NCBI GenBank assembly: GCA_025201805.1
Contig: MU619361.1
Span: 61,990-94,516, forward strand
Reading direction: 5' to 3'
DNA: 32,527 bases
DNA from: Parasitella parasitica NRRL 2501
Taxonomy: Eukaryota; Fungi; Mucoromycota
Shown here in pieces: positions 22,987 through 32,527 of this stretch. Position numbers and translations under genes: made by a program. Under the pieces are notes generated by a model, which saw only the letters and a program-made list of their open reading frames with translations, was not told the DNA's origin and did not search any database. Each line of letters opens with the position of its first letter. The first letter of the stretch is position 1.

Positions 22987-24474
22987 TCAGGAGGAAGCAT
23001 GAGAAGCAGCATAAGCTTTCTCTTCGTGTTCTACCTTAACATCTCTTTTACCATCTTCAATGGTATCGAGCTGGCCACCAACCATAACTTCGGGAGATTG
23101 GCCATCCATCAAGTTATCAACCTGTTCAACAGTGACATCAGATACTCTAAGGCAAACAATGTAAGCCAGGAGCAAACCAGCACCTTCAATAGCCAGATTG
23201 ATGTAGATTTGAGTCATGAAAGGAGTGTGAATGGCATCAACCTGAGCAGCAATAGCAGCAGCAGCGTTTTGAATTGTCTTGTAGAAACCACCATAGCGAG
23301 CCGCACGTTCGTTATCATTAGTCATTGTACCTAGCAACCAATAGATAAAGCCTTGGTAGATGGCATCGATCAATCCAAAGACAGCATACAAGATGATATA
23401 ACCAGCATAGCCAGGAGTACCAATGTCAACTTGAACATAGCCTTCAACTTTAACGCTTTCGTATGTAAATTTCTTTTGAACAAAGATAGCGCCAATCCAA
23501 GAAGCAATCAACACGATGAGAATGAAAGTGTTGCCCAGAATGGCACGCATTCTGCGGTTTCCAAGCTTGCTCCAATCAAGTAACCAACCAAAGAAACCAG
23601 CACCAACAATTTGACACAACCAGTAAACAAGATTGTTTAAAGAACGAGCACGGAGACCAAAGAATCCACCGCCGTTATAGACTTGGAATTGATAAGTGTA
23701 GAACCAATTTGAACCAGCAAAAAGAGGAATCAGGATAAGCATCTTCCAATCTGTGAACAAGCGGAAAACTTCAATACATTCACGCTTCCAGTTGGAAAAT
23801 TTGTGAAGAGAAACAGGAGATCCATTAGAACGAATGACTTTGGAAGCAGGTAAGAGAGCAAGAGACAGAAAAGCACCAAAGCCCATGATAACCATGAAAC
23901 CAATATAGGTACCAGTTTTGACAGTACCGGCACCATCATTATTCCAGTTGTTACCAAGAGGAATAGCAGCACCTACCGTGGCACCAAGATTAAAGACCAT
24001 CCAAAAGATAGAAAAGGCTTTACCCTTATCTTTTTCATCAGGGTAAGACATCATGATGCCAGCCTGGGCAGTCCATAAGAAACCGGCACCAATACCAAGA
24101 ATAGCACCAGTGGCAATGGTGAAAGCTGGGTTTAGAGTAAGATAGGAGCCAACATACAAGACGTATGCGAGCCCAGCGGGCAAAAGAATGCGGTGACCAA
24201 AGATATTATAGCTATGGCAATAAATTAGGATCCATAATATACACCGAGAGAAAAGCAAATAGTATACTTACACAGGAGCACCAATTAGTGAGCATACAGT
24301 AAACGTAACTGCCAAAGCAGTATTGGCATCGTTTGTTGTCTTTGGATCAGCCTGGCCAGCACCACCCATACCGTTTAAGGCATTGAACATACCAGGGCAA
24401 CAGAAACAAATGAAGCCAACCAAGAAGACTTGGAAGTTTGGGTCGCTATAACGAAAAGGCAACTTGAATCCCAT
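22987..24474 (-). CDS. UNC-93-like MFS membrane protein
   Basis: Exons 24474-24272 and 24211-22987. Motifs CFCCPGMFNALNGMGGAG, AGFLWTAQAGIMMSYP, IFWMVFNLG, SNWFYTYQF, ARYGGFYK. Confidence 0.88.
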
Positions 24475-24920
24475 TAATTATTATAGATATAAAGAAACGA
24501 AAAGAAAAAAAAAGTTGATTTAAAGGGAATGGATGAGAAGACAAAGAGGGTCTTTTATACCAAAAAATGGGACAGATACACGGCAATCTAATTGGGTAGT
24601 GAAAGAGGAGTGATTAAAAAAGGGTCCCTCTCAAAGTGCTAAGTGTAACTCTCGATTTGTAAAGTTTCATATAATATTACCAATGTTCTTTTTTCTTTTT
24701 GCTGTATTCCCACGCAACTTGGAAAAAACTACCATATATCTTATGCCCTTTTATTTTTCGACATGTCTAAAAATGAACCCTTAAAAAACTTTTGAAATTA
24801 TATAATACGGATGTACGCTTTTTTTTTACGCTAGCAAGAAGATGCTGCTGATTTATGCTGCAATGTTGCCCACTGATTGGCACAATCGAATGCAAATGAG
24901 TTGTAATAACAAAAGCAAAA

Positions 24921-27586
24921 CTATTTTCTTTTATTATTCTCTATTCTTTTATATTTTATAAATGCATTTAGATTCCCAAATGCCTCATCTGCTCTCATTC
25001 TTAAATCGAAATCCTTTCTTCGATCAATTGATTTCACCTAAAAATAACTCAGCATCATAAGATGAAAACAAAAAAATGGTGTGGGGTAAACTTACCATGG
25101 AACTCACTCGAGGTACAATTTGTTTCAAGTCATTTAGGAATCCGCCCTGAACAAAAACAGGGAAGTCGTAGTCGAATGCGCAATCACTGTACACATCAAA
25201 CACGAAATTAAGTGCTTCGACCATGACGCTTGCCTTTGTGGCCTTAGAACCAAGAATTTTCATTATGAACATGCCAATTGTCTTGATTGTTTCTTGACAG
25301 GTTAGCACATACAATTAGATAATTGTCGTGTGTTACTTACTTTGTTTGTCTCAACATCTCCTAACCGCATTGCAATTGGACCCAAACATCCAACTATTTT
25401 TACTCTCAAAGTTTCCAATGGAATCATTTCATAGGTCCCACATAATGCCCCCACTTCCATGTGGTCCAATGGCTGCAAATCATTAAATCAGTTGTTACCC
25501 TTAAAATAACCCTTGAATTACTTACAATATCCTGAGTGATACCTCGACCTAGCGCCCATAAACAACCGATGATCACTTCTAAAATTGCATTCCTTGCCCA
25601 TTCCTCTGTGTTGGCAGCAGCTACACTGTTGGCAATACCAAAGAGCCACCTCCACAGTTGAGTAGCATCCTGTTTGTAATGTTTGAACCAGTATTTGTTA
25701 CCAACATCGTGCGTTGCCAGTAAGAAATTGTTGAGACATTCCAATGAACGCTGATGAGTTAACACCAAATTATGTGTTACCGTTGGATGAAAGTTTGTTT
25801 GATTGTACGAGATCGGAGTAGCCGTTGCGAGGCGGATCAGCTGTGGGAAAATTTGGTGTATGTAAGCATGTAAAACAGGGTTCGATTGCAGGGCCTCATC
25901 ATCCTGGGATGTGTCGTTGAATATGGCTGGATCTACATCGTCGTCATTGTCTGCTTCTTGGGATGGCTGCTCTTCGTCTTCATCATCCTGCATCACTTGG
26001 TCTGAATCTTGGATCCCGTCTATGGGGAAATGTTAACCTTTATGCGGAATACGTACACATGTTTATTGTTACCCTCAAAATCGTCATCTTGTACACAGAT
26101 ATCAGCTAATAATTCCAAAGCCAATTGAGTGATAGATAATCTGTCTTCCACACCCTGAACGTAAATCTGTAGTTGCATGGGAAATTTTCAAGTTAGGACC
26201 CTGGATTTTTCCTTGGTTTCCTTGTTACCTCTTCATTTGTCAAGGGTTGCTTCGGTTTCGGTGTGATCTCATTTGATTCATCTTGTATATTATGCACATT
26301 CTGTATACTTTGTGTGTCAATACAAGTGGTTCATTTTCCCATCGATCTAACTTACTCCACTCTGAACTGCGGAAATTGTGTTATTGGCGGCCTCTTGAAT
26401 GTCGTAATCTAGCGCTTTGATAAGCACAGGAATCACCAGCTTATTCAATTCTCCCATATCTTGATGATCCTCATCCCAAGATGACGATAAATGAACCACA
26501 TCGCGTACATTCATCAAAATGGCTAACCCATATAAAATTAATATAAAACCATCCAGTCGTAATTGAAAAGAAAGTCTTACCACATGCCAGAACTTGGACC
26601 AAAGTATTACCATCTTGCTGATTGATGATATTCAATAACGTTTGAGTGTATTCGGGATGATTCTGGAATTCAATGAACAAATCCTTATTATCATCGGTCA
26701 ATGTATTCAAGCACTGGCCTATTTACATGTTTTTTAAATATCATTTAGTTGGCTATCTCTAATCTCTGAGTCATTAAACTCACCTGCAGCAATGATAACT
26801 CGGGTTGGGATTAGCTCACCAGATACCAGAAATGAAGATAGAAATGTCACGATATTCATCCTGTTGATAGCCTTGATATATTTATCGGATGCTTCACTAT
26901 TTGTTACATGGTTGATTAGGTATTTATCCTGGCTCCTTCTGACACTATACTTGCCAAATGCACCAAACAATATAAATAAAATTCTCGGTGACATCCCAGA
27001 TTGACTTCCTTCGGTCCCCATCTGCCTCGTCTTGAAGTGGTGCTTTTCTTAAAACCAAATCAATTGTTTGGGTAATCTAATACAGCGATTAGCAACATGT
27101 CCTACTCAGCACATCTCGTCTTATCTACCTGAGGAAGTAATGCTGATAATGGCTCCATGATATTTCGAGTATAATACTCCTTAGCCACTGTATTATCTAC
27201 AGAGGCAATGTTTCTCAAAGCACCTAATGATTCATCCCGAACTTCTTGCTGAGGATCAGCTAGTCTTTGAATCAAAACAGGGACAATGCCTTTGGATAGC
27301 AACAATTTTCGAGTAGCTGCATTTGCAAGAATCAGGTTTGAAATACATGCTGCTGCCCATGCGCGTTCAGTAGGATCTCCCGAAGAAAGCTACATGTTTT
27401 TTCATTAGATAGCGTTCTGCATAAATCAAATTATAAGCTTACCCGTTCGACAACAGGTGCTACTTGTTCACCGGTTGGTACAGGCATTTTAGAATTGGCT
27501 TCTCTAATACCTGCCTCAATGCCTTTTCTTTGAAGAGGATTGATGTGTCTTCTACTGCTCTTTTTCTTTTGTCTTTGCTTGCCCAT
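24921..27586 (-). CDS. SYO1: Symportin Syo1 / HEATR3 (ARM/HEAT adaptor for Rpl5-Rpl11 import)
   Basis: 12 exons: 27586-27443, 27389-27129, 27076-26955, 26896-26784, 26718-26581, 26522-26356, 26300-26229, 26166-26073, 26019-25526, 25472-25341, 25281-25096, 25037-24921. Basic N-terminus MGKQRQKKKSSRRHINPL, ESLGALRN, acidic loop, EALNFVFDVYSD, NLNAFIKYK. Confidence 0.85.
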
Positions 27587-28037
27587 TGTCTATATCTATA
27601 AGGGAAAGTGTTTTATGTTCAAAAAAAAAAAAAGAAAAGAAATCAAAAAGAGCTAGTGGCTTATATCCATTAAGCACCACCAAATTAAAAAGCTACACTC
27701 TATAATCAAAACTGTACAACATAATGAAAGCATTAATACGTACCAACTAGCTTGACGGAACAAAATATAATATCTACAAGAACACAGCAAAATAAACACA
27801 ATCCAGCGAGGAATAGGGTGTATAAATGCTTTGTTTGGTTTTGTAATTCCCATTCAAGTTTCGAATTTTTGAGAAGTCGGCGTTAAATCAAGTATATCTC
27901 ATTTTCAAAAACTAATTAAAAATATATAGAAGTTTTAGAAAACTATAAAAAAAATATGCGCGTATGCAACAAAGCGTGAAATAAATGGTCGTTTATTTTG
28001 ATTTGAAATAAGAGCTCTTTCAACAGAGTAAATCATG

Positions 28038-28254
28038 TTGAAAGTCGGGTGAAATAGCTTGAATCAACCAAATTAGGAGATTCGAAATCCAAAAAAGGCG
28101 ATTTTTTAAGCTGTACACTCCGTTCTAATAAACTATTGTACAATAAAGCTTTAAATCGAAGATTGAAAGTCGAGCGAAAAAGCTTGAATTTCTCGAAACT
28201 GAACATGGTCTAACTAAAAAAGGCGATTTTTTATGCGGTAAATTTGGTTCTAAT
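28038..28254. repeat. Degenerate tandem duplication, 125-bp period
   Basis: TTGAAAGTCG..GAAA.AGCTTGAAT, AAAAAAGGCGATTTTTTA and GTTCTAAT each recur 125 bp apart (28038-28129 vs 28163-28254). Confidence 0.75.
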
Positions 28255-29042
28255 TAATAATATGTTAATATGTTAATATGTTAACTCGAAGAACATTTAG
28301 AGCATATACTGGTGCTATTTTTTTCAGCTTGGAATTGTTGTAAATGTTTATATCTTATACCGTATTATTTTAAATTTTTTCCAAATGGGTTTCATGTTTA
28401 ATGAGCCGCTAGCATATTGTAATCTTTAACTAAGACTGGAAATTTTCGCATAGAAACAATAATGCTTCTATACTCAAGCATAGTAATTTTAATATGTTTC
28501 TTTCGGCATAAAAAGTGAGAAGCCGGTCCTTTTCATCAGGCATTAAACAAGAACGATAAAATTAGTACCTGAATTTTATTTTGAAACGTGCATGAAATTT
28601 TGTTGCGCATGTACGATACAAAATGTTGCCATACCCGAAATACCACATATTCCGATTTCGGAATCTTTTGTGGCTATATATTGCATGATCTCCGGAGCAT
28701 TTCTGGTCTAAAGAAAAGGTCTAAATGGCATGACTCGTCTAAAAGATGAGATGGACAGCTTTGCTTTGCTAGTGATTTAAAGTGTAAATTGTTTATAAAC
28801 ATGATGCTTATACCTATACCTATGCTACTTATTCAAAATTGGTGACACAACAATTTCACATGCTTAATTGAATGTTGATGCCCTTCTCTGTCGCATCTTG
28901 TTGTGTCGTCACTCTCGCTACCACTGTTAGGTTGTGGGTTGCAATACCCCCTTTTTTTATTCCATCAATTAAACATATATCATCGAAGTTACCTCTTTTT
29001 TGTTACCTTTCTTACCCTCTTTGTTTTTATCGGTTATACCAA

Positions 29043-31939
29043 ATGTAGGGATTCACTGCAAAACTCTACGTTTGCTTTTAAAATAACACATTGGATAATA
29101 GGACTCTTGAAGAAGTTGAACTTCCAGTTAATGAAAACATTTCATCTCACGTCAATAAGGGCTCCATTTCAACCACAAATTGGGATCAAGATACCTTGAG
29201 TATTCCTCGTCTTCAGATTGTAGATGAGAATCAAAAATTCACGTAAATTCATAACTTTGTGCAGTTAGAGCTATTTCTAACAACTTACACAGTGACGGTT
29301 TGCCAACTTATCTTTCGAAATGGAACCTTGGTGATGCAGGATTCAAATATAACGTAGTGGCAGTATTCGGGTCTCAAAGTACAGGTAAAAGTACATTGTT
29401 AAACGGCTTGTTTGGCACTTCATTTGATGTTATGGATGAAAATCAAAGAAGCCAAACAACAAAGGGTATCTGGATGTCTCGTGGCAGAGGCATGCATGTC
29501 CTCGTTATGGATGTTGAGGGCACAGATGGTCGCGAACGCGGCGAAGATCAAGATTTTGAGCGAAAATCAGCCTTGTTTTCTATGGCAACAAGTGAAGTTA
29601 TTATTTTGAATCTATGGGAACATCAAGTGGGTCTTTATCAAGGTGCCAATATGGGATTATTGAAAACTGTATTCGAAGTGAACTTGCAACTATTCCAAAC
29701 ACAAAAGAGGTTTGTTTCCTTGCAATTTAAAACAGGCGAATATTGATTTTTTTTATATATATATTCAACATTTGCAGTAAAGAAAAGACGCTCTTATTGA
29801 TTGTCATTAGAGATCATGTTGGTTCGACACCTTTGGCTAATCTAGCAAAGACATTACAATCTGATCTGGAAAAGATTTGGGCTGGTTTATCCAAGGTAGC
29901 TTAAATACAACAGCGACGAGACGATTTTGTTAACCTTGTATTTTCTACATGTAGCCCGAAGGCCTTGAAGACTGCAAAATTCACGATTATTTTGATTTTA
30001 TGTATACAGGACTGCCTCATAAAGTGCTTCTGCCTGAGAAATTCAACGAAGAAGTAGCTAACCTTCGCAAAAGGTATACATTTTCAATGGAATTTAGACG
30101 AAATATATGTTTACACTACCTTTCACAGATTCAATGACCCTCAAAATACTGATTTTGTCTTTAAACCAGAATATCATAAACGTATTCCTGCTGATGGTTA
30201 CCACATTTATGCTTCAGGTATCTGGGATAAAGTTCTGACCAACAAGGACCTGGATCTTCCTACACAGCAGGAACTGTTGGCTCAGTATAGATGTGACGAG
30301 ATTTCTAATGTAAGTTTGATCAAACCTACTTGAGATATAAATTGCATTGATTCACACAAGAATAGGCTGCTTTTGAGATATTTTCCAAAAAAGTTGCTCC
30401 TCTCAAGCAACCAATTCTAGAAAAGGCACAAGTTATCGATACTCTTGGCCCAGAAATGGTCGAAATTCGGCAAGAGGCTGTTGCTTCATTTGATAAAAAC
30501 GCATCTCGTTATCACCAAGGCGTCTATCAAAAGAAAAGAGAAGAAATGTTGGCTAAATTAAACACCCAGCTCCATGTATTATTTGTTGGCCAATTGAAGA
30601 ATTTGCATAAAAAGGCAGTTGCTATGTTTGATGAAAACCTCAAGGCTGAGTTGAAGAAACCAAATTATAATTTTGCTGTTGCTGTAGAAGGTTGTTTGAA
30701 GACTGCAACTGACTATTTTCTGGCCAGTGCTAAAGGTTAGTGCCATGCATGTAACAATACGGAAAACTCGAACTCATGCTCACTGCATAGCTATTCTGTT
30801 GTCTGAAACTGACTGGTCTTTCACTAGCGAAATCACCTCTCTCGAGGAAGAATTTTCTGAAGTGTCTGCAAAGGCTCGAGCGGAGGAATTCAAAAAAATG
30901 ACAAAGGCATTAACTGTAAGTGATGACTGAGAGATCCACTTTTTACAGAGCTTTCTAACTTTTGTCTACAGAAACAAGTCGAAAATGAGTTATCCGAGCC
31001 TATTACATTAGTTTTGAATAACCCAGGACCAAATCCATGGGATAAAATTCTTCAAGCTTATTTAAAAACGGTTGAAAATGGTCAAATTACCCTCAACAAA
31101 ATGGCCAAGAGTAGGTATAGTAAAGAAAGCATCAGTGCTACTGTATTAATCTCATTACATAATAGGCTTTAATTCATCCGATGACGAAGTACAGGATTCA
31201 ATCACTGACCTCAAATTACAAGCTTGGATTGTACTTCGCAAAAAAGTAGACGAAGAACTTGCTGATACAATGTTGTTATTAAAGCTTCGTTCAAGGTTCG
31301 AAGAAAAGTTTAGATATGACGACCACGGCCTTCCTCGTGTTTGGAAACCAGAGGATGATATTGATACATTCTTCAAGAGAGCTAAAGATGATGTAAGGTT
31401 CTGTTATTTGACTCTAGAAATTTACTAAAAGCAAACCTCTCCATTAGACATTGACTCTCATTCCGCTATTCGCCAAAATCGATTTGAAAGATCACTCTGA
31501 TTTCGAAATTGCTTCAAACGACGACTTTGATTTTGGTCAATCGCTTGTTATCCTGAGTGAAGCCAAACAAATAGACATTTCAAACCGCTTCAAGAGAGAG
31601 TCTGATGCATTTTATCTTGAAGCCAAACGGTCAGTTGTTTCAACCACTGCAAAAATTCCCACTTGGGCCATCGGTGCCATGGTGTTTTTGGGTTGGAACG
31701 AGTTTATGACTATCATCAGAAACCCATTATATATGGTCTTGTTTGTTTTGTGTATCACTTTTGGTTACGTTATATTCGCTTTGAATTTATGGGGTCCTTT
31801 GGAACGTATTATTTCTGCCGTTGTCGGTGAGGCAACGAGAATTGCAAAAGAACGCATTACAGAAGGTGTGGAACTGGCCAAAGAACAAACACATCATCGA
31901 GATATTACTAGTAAAGACACCGAGAAAAAGGATCAGTAG
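29043..31939 (+). CDS. SEY1: Dynamin-like ER-fusion GTPase Sey1/RHD3
   Basis: Coding exons 29043-29044, 29102-29242, 29293-29709, 29778-29895, 29955-30073, 30129-30309, 30366-30735, 30791-30915, 30972-31110, 31166-31392, 31448-31939. Motifs [60 protein letters not shown]. Confidence 0.96.
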
Positions 31940-32527
31940 CGTCCTTATGGATAAATTATTTGTAAAAGTCAAATAATTTGTTGAATAAATATGTTTCTTT
32001 GTCCACCATAATATTTTGAGCATTTAACACACTTGATATTAAGTTCACCAAAGTTCACTGACAAAATTCAATATTAAGACAATTCAATTCTCAAAGATGC
32101 AAGCTATATGCACTATAATTTAACCAAAAATTCTACAAAATTAACAAAATATATATTAAACAGAGCTATCATAACAACATTTATATGCCCTTTTATACAT
32201 CAGAGCTCATTAGTACAATTTTGAAATGCGAATTTGTGATATCAGCTGATAAATTTACAGATATCAATAAAAACATGGATACAAATGTGTTTTCCAGATA
32301 GCGCCAAGTCAACGCTAAGTTTTCCAAGTTAGATCGCGGTTTTGCGGTCATTTTAGCAAAAGTTATGAGCAAATATGTGATATTTATGATAAATATTGAA
32401 AAATAAAACTGGGTTTGCAGATAACTTTTGATAGAGACATCGCCCAGTAGACCCCAAGTTATGCTCATATAGCGATGATCATGCCTGTTCTTATGGCGCA
32501 TAAGACAGTGTTTATTTTGCTCTTTAT

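Noticed and set aside
22963-23972. Antisense and alternate-frame ORFs overlapping the UNC-93-like gene (and similar shadows over other genes)
   Set aside because: Shadow ORFs of well-supported genes.

Overview
AT-rich, intron-dense fungal DNA; gene content, short (mostly 50-90 nt) introns and transposon types suggest Mucorales (inference). Host genes reconstructed by hand from splice signals: pacC/RIM101 (854-2774,-), MSS4-like PIP 5-kinase (2954-5078,-), DHA1-type MFS transporter (10758-12636,+), creC/WDR20-like WD40 protein (14859-17091,+), Fun19-like SWIRM protein (17564-18478,+), UNC-93-like MFS protein (22987-24474,-), SYO1/HEATR3 (24921-27586,-) and SEY1 (29043-31939,+). The main feature is a 5.3-kb TA-flanked element (5277-10592) in the divergent MSS4/MFS promoter. 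Its ~200-240-bp TIRs are built from ~19-bp subrepeats. After subtracting a nested block of two broken Tc1-family elements (5472-7655), its only gene is a spliced, once-frameshifted ORF with a putative PD-(D/E)XK nuclease motif, and it has no DDE transposase of its own. The nested block contains a 246-bp fold-back of transposase sequence, a possible hairpin-RNA silencing trigger. Also seen: a 190-bp direct repeat pair, a split start codon in SEY1, a GC-AG intron in SYO1, a 14-nt microexon in pacC, and a possible Crypton-like gene running off the left edge. All family assignments are from motif recognition; no searches were run.
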